Of a stretch of DNA of 64,000 nt, positions 20,471 through 30,396 are shown piece after piece. Within the stretch, counting starts at the first letter, position 1. Every line of letters starts with the position of its first letter. The position numbers and the translations under genes are program-made. The notes under the pieces are model-generated. The model ran no database searches. It had not been told where the DNA came from and saw only the letters and a program-made list of their open reading frames with translations. The stretch is taken from the sequence record SRR31156797_2307; one strand, written 5' to 3'.

Positions 20471-21277
20471 ATGGGAAAGCTAGCTTCTAAACTAAAGTCT
20501 TTTAAATTAATTCGATGGTTTTTGTGGTATGTCAAAGTACAGAATAAGTTGCCGCTGGTGCTTGAAATAGAATTAGACTCGCTTTGCAATCGTAAATGCA
20601 CCTATTGTCCTAATTATAAACACGAAAGGGCACATCATACTTTAAGTTCTGATACATATAAAGGTATTATTGGCCAATTACACGAAATGGGTTGGAAGGG
20701 TGTTATTTCACCGCATTTTTACAACGAACCTTTGCTCGATAAACGATTAGAAGAATTGTTATTGTATACAAAACAAAAACTAGGTAAAAGAGCATGTATC
20801 AAACTATTTACAAACGGCGATTTGCTAACAACTGAATTAGCAAAGAAGTGGCTATTCGATTCTAAAATAGTAGACGAATTTGTGGTTACAGTCCATGAAA
20901 AAGATTTGTCGGATAGGAAAGATTTGGTGGATTTATCCAAACTTCCCGAGTATCAAAGAAAACTGTATGTTAGATCAACTGAGAATATTGAAAAACAATA
21001 TTTAAACAGGGGTGGTATCATGGATTTTGATTATGTAAACTGGGGGGAGGAGTTTCAAAAACTCGGTTGTTCATTAACACAAAGAATGATTATAACCTCA
21101 AAGGGTAATCATGTGTTATGTTGCAACGACTATTTCGAAAAAACTGCATTTGGAAATGTCAGTGATACAAGTATCCAGAAACTATGGAGCAAATCTAAAA
21201 AAACAAGAAAAGACACCTATATAGGTAATTTCAAATTACCAATTTGTAAAGTATGCGTAGGCATTTCAAAAAACTAA
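20471..21277 (+). CDS. Radical SAM enzyme with twitch/SPASM domain
   Basis: CNRKCTYC, NEPLL, TNG, NRGG, C...CCNDY...FGN...CKVC. ATG 20471 is preferred to the overlapping start at 20420. Confidence 0.88.
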   Translation: MGKLASKLKSFKLIRWFLWYVKVQNKLPLVLEIELDSLCNRKCTYCPNYKHERAHHTLSSDTYKGIIGQLHEMGWKGVISPHFYNEPLLDKRLEELLLYTKQKLGKRACIKLFTNGDLLTTELAKKWLFDSKIVDEFVVTVHEKDLSDRKDLVDLSKLPEYQRKLYVRSTENIEKQYLNRGGIMDFDYVNWGEEFQKLGCSLTQRMIITSKGNHVLCCNDYFEKTAFGNVSDTSIQKLWSKSKKTRKDTYIGNFKLPICKVCVGISKN

Positions 21278-21294
21278 AATAAAAAAATAATAAT

Positions 21295-22749
21295 ATGAAC
21301 AACGAAAATTCAATGAACAGTAACGTATATGTTGTATTTGGAGCACAAACGTGTATACTAAATAGGACCCACACCCAAAGAATGAGGAATTACTTGGAAA
21401 AAAATGGTTATAATTTAACATCAAATATAGCTGAGGCAGGAACTATATTTTTTTCAGGATGTGCAGCTACTGGATCAGCTGAGTTATATAACTTGAACGA
21501 ACTGGCCTATTTAGAAAAAAGAGTTGAAGAGAATAATTCAGGGCAAAGAATAATATTGTTTAGCTGTTTACCCATTATAAATAAAAGAACGCAGGGAGAA
21601 TATAAAGACAGTGCGAATAATCAGAAAAACATTATTTTAGAAGGGAAATATAAAAATGATCCCAATTCAAGATATGTTTATATAGACACCTATGATTTCA
21701 CAATGTTGGATGATATGTTTGCTCATAAGGTTAAATTCAAGGATGTACCTGTTCCAAACCAAATAACTCCAGATTCAGGAATGGAGTCCATGCAATTGGC
21801 GCTAAGAGCATTAAAGAATTGCCAATACGGTGGAATTGAAGATTTTAAGGATTCCTATGTTAAGCAAGCAGGTTTACAATCGCAGTTAAAGCAATTGGGC
21901 CAGTTTTTTCCTATTACGTGTGATTTTTTACAAAGTTATGGGTACTACTCTGTTACCATAGGAAATGGATGTATTCACAAATGCGCCTTTTGTTCTGTCA
22001 AGTTTGGTAAATACTTGTTAAAAAGTGAACCACTTGATCAGATCTTGAGAGATATAAAGAAACTGGAAGAAAAGGGTATAAACAAATATTTATTGTTGTG
22101 TGACGATTTGGGTTCATGGGGACGCGACACAAAATCACATTTCACCGTTCTGTTAGATGCCATTGCCGATTTAAATATAGAAGGTATGAAATTGGCACTT
22201 TATAACGTAAAAATTAATGATGTAATAGAAAATAGGGAGTTTTTCGATAATATGGTAGACAAAGGGCTGATAAGCTACATGGGGATTATGAACCAGCATG
22301 TTGACGAAAATATTATTGAAAGCATGAACCGGAAGCCATTTGATGAGGAAGTCTTCCTAGACATTATTAATACCTATGGAGATAAAGATGTTAACATGCA
22401 TGCGCATCATATTATAGGATTCCCGGGTGAAACTGAGGAACAATTCCAGCGCTTGCTCAATTTTATTTCAAAAATAAAAACTAAGAACTGTGGTATTTTA
22501 AACCTTCCTTATTCTCCAAGGAAAGGAACTAAGGCATATGAATATACCAATGTAGTTCCAGAAGATATAAAAATGGAAAGGGTACAACGTATGAATATTC
22601 ATAACTTAAATGTTGCATCCGAAAGATTTAAGGGATTCAATGAAGAGATAAGAGCAACCTTACTTGAATTAATGCGATTGTTTTTTGCAGGTAAAGAAAT
22701 CCAGGAATACTTGATGAACAAGAACGAAACTACAGAGAAAGAAGCATAG
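21295..22749 (+). CDS. MiaB/RimO-like radical SAM methylthiotransferase-family protein lacking an evident TRAM domain
   Basis: UPF0004-like N-terminus with three cysteines (QTCILN, SGCAAT, FSCLP); GCIHKCAFC; IIGFPGETEEQF; YSPRKGT.A. Confidence 0.8.
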   Translation: MNNENSMNSNVYVVFGAQTCILNRTHTQRMRNYLEKNGYNLTSNIAEAGTIFFSGCAATGSAELYNLNELAYLEKRVEENNSGQRIILFSCLPIINKRTQGEYKDSANNQKNIILEGKYKNDPNSRYVYIDTYDFTMLDDMFAHKVKFKDVPVPNQITPDSGMESMQLALRALKNCQYGGIEDFKDSYVKQAGLQSQLKQLGQFFPITCDFLQSYGYYSVTIGNGCIHKCAFCSVKFGKYLLKSEPLDQILRDIKKLEEKGINKYLLLCDDLGSWGRDTKSHFTVLLDAIADLNIEGMKLALYNVKINDVIENREFFDNMVDKGLISYMGIMNQHVDENIIESMNRKPFDEEVFLDIINTYGDKDVNMHAHHIIGFPGETEEQFQRLLNFISKIKTKNCGILNLPYSPRKGTKAYEYTNVVPEDIKMERVQRMNIHNLNVASERFKGFNEEIRATLLELMRLFFAGKEIQEYLMNKNETTEKEA

Positions 22750-22885
22750 TTTACGGTTGGCTGTGTGAGCCTACTATTATTTTAGGTGCAAAAAAATACT
22801 TGATGACAAATAAATATTATTTGTAGGTGTTTTGTTTTGTAATAACCTGTTCTTTAAAATCACATTAATTTACAACCAATTTAGA

Positions 22886-25800
22886 ATGAAAGATATAGCA
22901 GTTATAGGGGTGTCTTGCCATTTTCCGGGTGCTGAAAATAAAGATCAATTTTGGAACAATCTTAAACAAGGGGTAGATTCAACAACCAGGTTTACCAGGC
23001 AAGAATTACTGGATGCAGGAGAAAAGCCTGAATTGCTTAATGATCCTGATTATGTTATGGCAGCTCCAATTGTCAAAGACTATGACAAATTTGATGCTAA
23101 CTTTTTTGGTTATAGCCCAAGTGTGGCAGAGTTGATGAATCCTGAAGCCAGGTTAATGCTTCAATGTGCATGGGAAACGTTAGAAGATGCAGGCTATGTA
23201 TCGGAAAAATATAAAGGAGCAATTGGTGTATATGCAGGGGCATTAATGCATAATTATTATAAAGACAACATCTGTTCAACCATCGATTTTGAAAAATGGT
23301 CGGAATCTATAAGGGCTTTTTCTTTAAACGAAAAAGAATACTTAACAACAATAATAGCCGATCGACTTCATCTTAAAGGGCCTGCTGTTACGCTGCAGTC
23401 TTTTTGTTCAACATCCTTAATGGTTATCCACTATGCATGCCAGGATATTATTTCTGGTACTAGTGATATAGCCTTAGCCGGTGGGATAAACATCAGAATA
23501 CCTCATGAGAGGGGTCATATCTATGAAGAAGGTGGAATGCAGGGCCCGTATGACCATTGTAAAGTATTCGACGAGAAGGCGGCGGGTACAATATTTGGAA
23601 GCGGATATGGCATGGTTGCATTAAAAAGGCTTGATCGTGCTATAGAAGATAACGACCATATTTATGCTGTAATTAAAGGGACGAGTGTAAACAATGATGG
23701 AGGTAATAAGTTAAGCTTTATGGGGCCGAGTATTTCCGGCCAGAGTGAAGTAACAAAAAAATGCATTAATATTTCAGGCATCGACCCTCAAACAATTGGC
23801 TATGTCGAGGCTCATGGAACAGGTACTGATGTCGGAGATCGTATAGAATATATCGCCTTATCAAAGGCACTTAAATCTTTGAAAAAGAACCAACATAAAT
23901 GTCCAATAGGTTCGGTGAAAACAAATATTGGGCACTTGGGTATATCTTCGGGTATTGCCGGATTTATAAAAACGGTTTTAACAATACATCATAAGGGAAT
24001 ACCTGCAAATTTATATTTCGACAAGCCGAATCCCCATATTCGGTATGAAGAAAGTCCTTTTTATGTTAATACAGAGTTTATAGATTGGGAAAAACAGGAA
24101 TATCCGAGAAGGGCAGTGGTTTGTTCTCAGGGAGTTGGGGGTACAAATGCTTGTGCAGTTTTAGAAGAGGCTCCTGAAATAAGGCTTGAGAATAAAAAAG
24201 ATGGTCTTTTCATTTTGCCTTTCTCTGCTAAAACAAATTCGGCGTTAAAAGCTGTAAATAAAAACTTGGAAGTTTTTATTAAAGAAAACGAAATTGAATC
24301 GGAACCCCTTTCTTATACCCTGTGCTGTGGAAGGAAACAACAGGAGAAAAGAAATTTTGTTATTGGGAAAGACCGGCAAGAGTTACTGTCAAATCTTGGC
24401 ATGATCTGTAATAAAGATATCGTAGAAGCTAAGAAAGCGAATCAATCGGTTGTGTTTATGTTTCCGGGTCAGGGATCTCAACATATTGATATGGGATATG
24501 ATCTTTATCTTAAATATACGAATTTCAGAAAATATTACGATCAGTGTGCAGATATATTGAACGATTTGCTAAATAAAGATATCAGGAATATAGTTTTTAA
24601 TCATAGTGAAGATCATGAAACGGCTACGGAAAAATTAAAAACTACTCGTTATGCCCAGCCTGCTATTTTCTCGCTTGAGTATTCGCTGGCCAGATTTTTA
24701 GTGGATTTAGGCATTGAACCGGCAGCCTTGATAGGTCACAGTGTTGGTGAATTTGTAGCAGCTACCCTAGCAGGAACTATTGGGTTGGAAGATGCTTTGA
24801 GGTTAATAGTTAAAAGAGGTGAATTATGTAACCGTGCAGAAGCCGGAGGAATGCTGTCCGTGTCATTGGGATATAGTGCAATACAGCCTTATCTGCATGA
24901 TAAAGTATCGGTAGGTGCAATTAATTCTCCTTTTCTAACCATTGTTTCGGGTCCATACAGAGAATTGGAAAAACTGAAGGAACAGCTCGAAAAAGATGGT
25001 AAAAACTGTAACTATCTTCATGCATCGCACGCATTCCATTCTTATATGATGCAGCCGATGTTGGATGAATTTATAAGTCTCTTTGAAAGGGTTACATTAC
25101 AAAAACCAGGAATACCAATAATGTCGACCGTAACAGGTCAATGGCTAAACATGGAGGAAGCCATTTCGCCACAGCATTGGGCCGATAATGTACGTAACAC
25201 GGTAAGGTTTTCAGAGGGGATTACAAAATTATTGGAAGAAACCGATCATATGCTTCTTGAAGTTGGTCCGGGAACCACCTTGGCAACCCTCACAAAATGT
25301 CATAAAGATCCGTTTCCAGAAAGAACTATTGTAACATCTTTAAAGCACGCTTCGGACAATATACACGATGACAAAATATTTTTAACATCTCTTGGGAAAA
25401 TATGGTCAGCTGGCATAAAAATAAACTGGGATTTGTTGTTCGACACAAAAAATAGCCAAAAGATATCACTGCCAACTTATCCTTTTGAGAAAAAGAGGTT
25501 TTGGATCGATATTAATCCTACAAACAAAATACTTCCTGTTCAACAAGAAATAAATCCACGATATTACTACAGACCAAGTTGGAAAGAGGGTTATATTGAC
25601 AAACCAACTGTAAGCGAAAAATCGTGTGTACTATTTAACGATGGCTCGGACTTATCCAAAGAATTGTCTGAACAATTAAGCCAAAACAATTCGGTAATCA
25701 ACGTTTTCTACCAAAAAGAATTATATAAACAAGAAAAAGGCAATTATCTGGTCGATACATGCGACAAAGATGCCTTTAAAAAATTGTTTGATATCATAAT

Positions 25801-28800
25801 CACGGAACATGCCAAACCTGATCAGGTAGTATATTTATGGAACAAAAAAAGTGTAGATAGCAATAATCCATACAATGATTTTTTCACTTTGCTTGGAATG
25901 GTTAAAGCATTGGGCAAACTTTCTTCGGGTCGCGAAATAAATATGTTGGTTGTTTCTGTCGAGTCAGAAAATATTAGCGGCAACGAAACAGTTGAGCCAT
26001 TGTTGTCTCTTTCTAAAGGAATAGTGAAAGTAGCCGCAACCGAGTATAGCGGTTTGCAATGCAAGCATATCGATGTGCAAAAACTATCGGATATAAAAAG
26101 TACTACACAAAACATTTTAATAGAAATGTCTTTATCCCAAAATGGTAGTACTGTTGCTTATCGTAACAATAAACGGTGGGAAAGATATTATGAAACCACA
26201 GATTTTAATCCGTATGGCAGTAATCTAGAATATAAAGATTCTGATATTTACCTGGTTACTGGAGGTCTTGGAGGTTTGGGTTTCGAAATGGCAAAGCATA
26301 TTGCTTCGTCAAGCCGCTCAAAAATAATTTTAACAGGAAGAACCGATATCGATAATCAAAATGATTCTATTAAGCAAGAAAGGTTCAAACAATTAAAATC
26401 GTTAAACAATGAAATCGAATACCATGCTTTAGATATTGCTAATGATAAACAGGTAGGTGATTTTGCCAGGGAAGTAATTAAAAAACACCATCATATCAAA
26501 GGTATCTTTCATTGTGCAGGAAATCCTGGAGGAGGTATAATAGAACTCAAAACAAAGGAAATGGCTTTGAAAGTTTTAGATCCTAAGGTTATTGGCACCT
26601 CTGTTTTGTACAAGTATTTTAAAGACAGTTTAACGGATTTTCTGTTGTTGTTTTCATCCGTGGCTTCAATAAAAAGTTTGGTGGGTCAGGTAGAATATAC
26701 AGCGGCTAATGCCTTTTTAGATGCTTTTGCCCAATCAGTAAATGACCCAAGGGTAGTAAATATTAATTGGGATTTGTGGGGACAAACCGGTATGGGCTTT
26801 ATCGATGTGCCCGCATCAATGAAAAAACAAAGAGGAATTGACCTTGCAAAGGGAATAAAAACCGCGGAGGGTATTTCAACCATAGAAAATGTACTTAGTT
26901 CGCGACACTATAATAACTTAATAGTATTGAACGAACCGCTGGAAGGAACAAGTGATACAAATGCAAGAATACAGCCAGCATCCAGAAGTATAGTCGAAAA
27001 TGTACCAGAGAAATCTGTAATTGAGAAAAATCCCGATATTGAAAAGTGGTTTTATACACAAACGTGGAACAAATCTCATTTTCCTTTTTCAGGAATTGAG
27101 AATGGAGACCAAACATGGCTCGTGTTTGCGGGTAATTCGCAAATATGTCGTAATCTGATAGAAAATATTGGAAACAGAGGTCATAAAGTAATTACTGTAA
27201 ATATTGGAGATGAATATAATACTATCGACGCGTACAATTATGTATTGAACCCAGGAGATAAGTCAGGTTATGTTTCGCTTGTAAACAGCTTGAAAGAAAA
27301 TGATTTGGTTCCTGGTCATATACTGCATTTTTGGACAGTAAATGACGAAATTAAAGATGAAGTAATTATTAAAAAAAATACATTTAGGGAATTACAATCA
27401 ATTGGTATTTATAGCGCTGTTGAATTGTTACAGGAATTGAATACGTCGTGCTATATCGAAGAACTTAAATTTACTCTGATAACCCGAAATATATACAATG
27501 TAACAGGATACGAAAAGTTAAATCCTCAAAATGCTACTATTCTCGGATTGCTTAAGGTTACTTCTCTTGAATATCCAAACATTATAATCAGAAATATAGA
27601 TTTAGACAGCGATTCGCAAAATGCTCTTCAGTTGTATAACGAATTGTACAATGGCGAATACAAGAAAATTAAAGCTGTACGAAACGATAAATGTTGGGTA
27701 CAATCGTATGATCATATCAATTTGCAAAATCTGGTTCCTGGCAATTCAATTGTTAAAGATGGAGGTGTTTATTTAATTTCTGGTGGACTTGATGTTGTAG
27801 GCTATCGTGTTGCCGAGTTTATGTCCCGTACCTTTAAGATAAAACTTGCTCTTGTGGGTGAAATGAAAACTCACAAATGGGATAAGTGGAACAACCTTGA
27901 TCTGGAGGATGATTCTTCGGATGCTATTAGAGCGCATAAATTAGAAGGGTTGAAAAAATTCAATCCCGATATCGACTATTACAGTATCGATATTACATCG
28001 GCCGAAGCATGGAACGAAACTATTGATGCCGTTACCGCGAAATGGGGTACCATTGATGGAATAGTACATGCAGCCGCAACTTTAGATCCTTCATCGTTTA
28101 AACCTATAAACAATGTTACAAGCAACGAGTTCGAAGAGCATTTTAATACCAAGGTATACGCGTCTTTAATTATTACCGATATTATTGAAAAACACGCTAT
28201 TCAACAATGTTTGTTCGTGTCTTCTGTTTCTTCAATTCTGGGTGGTATTGAGTTTGTAACTTATTCATCGGTAAACAATTTCCTCGATAATTTTGTGAAT
28301 TATCTGAAATACCGGTTTAAAGAAAAAACCATAGCGTTATTAAATCTTGATGAATTACAATTCAACGAGAAAGAAGAAAAAATTACACGTTATGGAAAAG
28401 AATTACAGCGATTGTCGATATCAGGTAACGAATTGCACAAAATATTCTCTTATTTTTTAACTGAAATCAGAGAAAACCAACTTGTAATTTCTACTAGTGA
28501 GCTGTTACCAAGACTCGAGAAATGGCACGGGTTGCATAAAAAAGTCGAAACAGTACCTGAAACTTCTGTAAGCTCAAATCTAGTAACAACTACCTACGAT
28601 ATCAAACAAGAGCTTGTAAATATTTGGCAGGAAATATTGGGATTTGATACAATTCAAATAACCGATAATTTTTATGCCTTGGGTGGTGATTCGTTGTTGG
28701 CCACAAGTATGGTAAACAGAATGAGGAAGAAGTTTGGCAATATAAATATCTCCATTGGCGATATTCTTGACAAACCTACCATAGAGCAGCAAGAAGAATT

Positions 28801-30367
28801 GGTAAAACAATACTATAAACCCACACAAATTAGTACAACTCTTACAGGCAATGCAATTTTTGACGTTAAAGACGAAATTATATCTATCTGGAAACAGACG
28901 CTGGGTTTTGATTCTATCGATCCTAATTCAAACTTCTATGCTTTAGGTGGTGATTCATTGCTTGCCACAAGTATTGTGAATAAGTTAAGGCAGAAATTTA
29001 GTAATATTGATATTTCTATTGGCGATATTCTTGATAATCCGACAGTTGAGAAACAAGAAAAATTAATTGGCCAGTTATCCAATATTGAAGATGAAGAACC
29101 GAAGGATGTTTACTCGCAATATATAGAAAGCGAAAAGGCCGAACGGTTTGAAATTGTAACCAATTATTTTATTTCGCTTTTAAAACAATCGGGTATTATT
29201 GAAACAAACAACGATATCGACAAATCGATAAATCGATCGTTAAAACTAAATGGTATAATCTATTCAGGTTTTGTTAAAGATTTTAAAATTCCGATATACG
29301 AAAACGAAATTTTACTTCATACTTCATATCGCGAATTGCTTTCGGCTATTTTCACGGAATTAGAGAAATTCAATGGGTTTGCCGACTTGGGTGCAGACAT
29401 TGAGTTCGAAGCCGCAATACCTGACTTAAAACCTGGCAAAAGAATAATCCTAGGCAAAAAGAAAAATCCATCCATGGTATTTGTGCATTCTGCACCACGG
29501 TCTGGTTCAACCTTATTTAGACTAATGCTCGAGGGACACGAAAAGTTGTTTAGTCCTCCGGAATTTCAGCTTTTAAATTATAATGATTTAGCTCATTGGA
29601 ATTCAGATCGGGTTAAAATAACCAAAAATTATAGTGGCTTGGCATTTTCGCTGGCTAAAATTCATAATACAAATATGAGTTCTGCTAATAGTACTTTGGA
29701 TCAGATGGTTGCTAAGTCGCTATCAATAAAAGATGCTTATAAAACTATACAGTCAGGTTTAGAGGGAGTTACATTGGTAGATAAATCGCCAAATTATGCT
29801 ATCGACATAAATCATCTGGCAAAGGCAGAAGAAATATTCGACAGGCCCAAACATATTCATTTAGTTCGACATCCTTTCCCGGTTATAGAATCATTTGTGC
29901 GCAATCGTATGTTTGCATGGTTCAACAATAGTGAAGGTATTAACCCGTACAAGTTTGCCGAAAAAATATGGTATCTCAATAATTTCAATTTGTTTCATTT
30001 TAAAGAGATGGTTTCGGCCGATCAGTATTTATTGGTGTGTTACGAAAATCTTGTCAGCAATCCTGAAGATGAAATGAAAAAAATATGTTCATTCCTTGAT
30101 ATTGAATTTAACAAGGATATGCTTTCTCCATATACAGGGCAAAAAATGATCGACGGTTGTGGAGACCCAACTGTTGGTACAAGAAATAACATTGATAAAA
30201 ATCTTGCTGAAATCTGGAAAACTATTGATCTGCCTATATCGTTATCAAAGTGTACCATTGAACTGATGGGGAAATTTGGCTACACTCAACCCGAAAGCAA
30301 TGAAGCCGATCTCTCTCAATTGTTACAGGAAGAAATTTTCAGGGAAATGAATAACGGATTACAATAA
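22886..30367 (+). CDS. Type I PKS: KS - AT (malonyl-type) - KR - KR - ACP - ACP - vestigial ACP - sulfotransferase
   Basis: KS QSFCSTS/EAHGTGT/NIGH; AT FPGQG, GHSVG, HAFHS; KR1 GGLGGLG...YTAAN; KR2 GGLDVVG...YSSVN; two LGGDSL ACPs; sulfotransferase SAPRSGSTL, PPE, DKSPNY, VRHP. ATG 22886 (MKDIAVIG) is the likely start. Confidence 0.92.
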   Translation: MKDIAVIGVSCHFPGAENKDQFWNNLKQGVDSTTRFTRQELLDAGEKPELLNDPDYVMAAPIVKDYDKFDANFFGYSPSVAELMNPEARLMLQCAWETLEDAGYVSEKYKGAIGVYAGALMHNYYKDNICSTIDFEKWSESIRAFSLNEKEYLTTIIADRLHLKGPAVTLQSFCSTSLMVIHYACQDIISGTSDIALAGGINIRIPHERGHIYEEGGMQGPYDHCKVFDEKAAGTIFGSGYGMVALKRLDRAIEDNDHIYAVIKGTSVNNDGGNKLSFMGPSISGQSEVTKKCINISGIDPQTIGYVEAHGTGTDVGDRIEYIALSKALKSLKKNQHKCPIGSVKTNIGHLGISSGIAGFIKTVLTIHHKGIPANLYFDKPNPHIRYEESPFYVNTEFIDWEKQEYPRRAVVCSQGVGGTNACAVLEEAPEIRLENKKDGLFILPFSAKTNSALKAVNKNLEVFIKENEIESEPLSYTLCCGRKQQEKRNFVIGKDRQELLSNLGMICNKDIVEAKKANQSVVFMFPGQGSQHIDMGYDLYLKYTNFRKYYDQCADILNDLLNKDIRNIVFNHSEDHETATEKLKTTRYAQPAIFSLEYSLARFLVDLGIEPAALIGHSVGEFVAATLAGTIGLEDALRLIVKRGELCNRAEAGGMLSVSLGYSAIQPYLHDKVSVGAINSPFLTIVSGPYRELEKLKEQLEKDGKNCNYLHASHAFHSYMMQPMLDEFISLFERVTLQKPGIPIMSTVTGQWLNMEEAISPQHWADNVRNTVRFSEGITKLLEETDHMLLEVGPGTTLATLTKCHKDPFPERTIVTSLKHASDNIHDDKIFLTSLGKIWSAGIKINWDLLFDTKNSQKISLPTYPFEKKRFWIDINPTNKILPVQQEINPRYYYRPSWKEGYIDKPTVSEKSCVLFNDGSDLSKELSEQLSQNNSVINVFYQKELYKQEKGNYLVDTCDKDAFKKLFDIIITEHAKPDQVVYLWNKKSVDSNNPYNDFFTLLGMVKALGKLSSGREINMLVVSVESENISGNETVEPLLSLSKGIVKVAATEYSGLQCKHIDVQKLSDIKSTTQNILIEMSLSQNGSTVAYRNNKRWERYYETTDFNPYGSNLEYKDSDIYLVTGGLGGLGFEMAKHIASSSRSKIILTGRTDIDNQNDSIKQERFKQLKSLNNEIEYHALDIANDKQVGDFAREVIKKHHHIKGIFHCAGNPGGGIIELKTKEMALKVLDPKVIGTSVLYKYFKDSLTDFLLLFSSVASIKSLVGQVEYTAANAFLDAFAQSVNDPRVVNINWDLWGQTGMGFIDVPASMKKQRGIDLAKGIKTAEGISTIENVLSSRHYNNLIVLNEPLEGTSDTNARIQPASRSIVENVPEKSVIEKNPDIEKWFYTQTWNKSHFPFSGIENGDQTWLVFAGNSQICRNLIENIGNRGHKVITVNIGDEYNTIDAYNYVLNPGDKSGYVSLVNSLKENDLVPGHILHFWTVNDEIKDEVIIKKNTFRELQSIGIYSAVELLQELNTSCYIEELKFTLITRNIYNVTGYEKLNPQNATILGLLKVTSLEYPNIIIRNIDLDSDSQNALQLYNELYNGEYKKIKAVRNDKCWVQSYDHINLQNLVPGNSIVKDGGVYLISGGLDVVGYRVAEFMSRTFKIKLALVGEMKTHKWDKWNNLDLEDDSSDAIRAHKLEGLKKFNPDIDYYSIDITSAEAWNETIDAVTAKWGTIDGIVHAAATLDPSSFKPINNVTSNEFEEHFNTKVYASLIITDIIEKHAIQQCLFVSSVSSILGGIEFVTYSSVNNFLDNFVNYLKYRFKEKTIALLNLDELQFNEKEEKITRYGKELQRLSISGNELHKIFSYFLTEIRENQLVISTSELLPRLEKWHGLHKKVETVPETSVSSNLVTTTYDIKQELVNIWQEILGFDTIQITDNFYALGGDSLLATSMVNRMRKKFGNINISIGDILDKPTIEQQEELVKQYYKPTQISTTLTGNAIFDVKDEIISIWKQTLGFDSIDPNSNFYALGGDSLLATSIVNKLRQKFSNIDISIGDILDNPTVEKQEKLIGQLSNIEDEEPKDVYSQYIESEKAERFEIVTNYFISLLKQSGIIETNNDIDKSINRSLKLNGIIYSGFVKDFKIPIYENEILLHTSYRELLSAIFTELEKFNGFADLGADIEFEAAIPDLKPGKRIILGKKKNPSMVFVHSAPRSGSTLFRLMLEGHEKLFSPPEFQLLNYNDLAHWNSDRVKITKNYSGLAFSLAKIHNTNMSSANSTLDQMVAKSLSIKDAYKTIQSGLEGVTLVDKSPNYAIDINHLAKAEEIFDRPKHIHLVRHPFPVIESFVRNRMFAWFNNSEGINPYKFAEKIWYLNNFNLFHFKEMVSADQYLLVCYENLVSNPEDEMKKICSFLDIEFNKDMLSPYTGQKMIDGCGDPTVGTRNNIDKNLAEIWKTIDLPISLSKCTIELMGKFGYTQPESNEADLSQLLQEEIFREMNNGLQ
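28595..29074 (+). repeat. Tandem duplicated ACP domains within the large PKS (264-nt spacing)
   Basis: IW..ILGFD.I...NFYALGGDSLLATS.VN..R.KF.NI.ISIGDILD.PT.E.QE occurs twice. Confidence 0.9.
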
Positions 30368-30396
30368 TTTCAATAAAGACTTTAAAAAAGTTTTAA

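Noticed and set aside
21295-22749. Assigning the symbol miaB or rimO
   Set aside because: No evident TRAM domain, divergent sequence and biosynthetic context; orthology is unsupported.
29474-30367. Calling the cluster a curacin/Ols-type terminal olefin pathway
   Set aside because: No fused thioesterase and no fatty acyl-AMP ligase loading domain, so the alkene-forming unit is incomplete.
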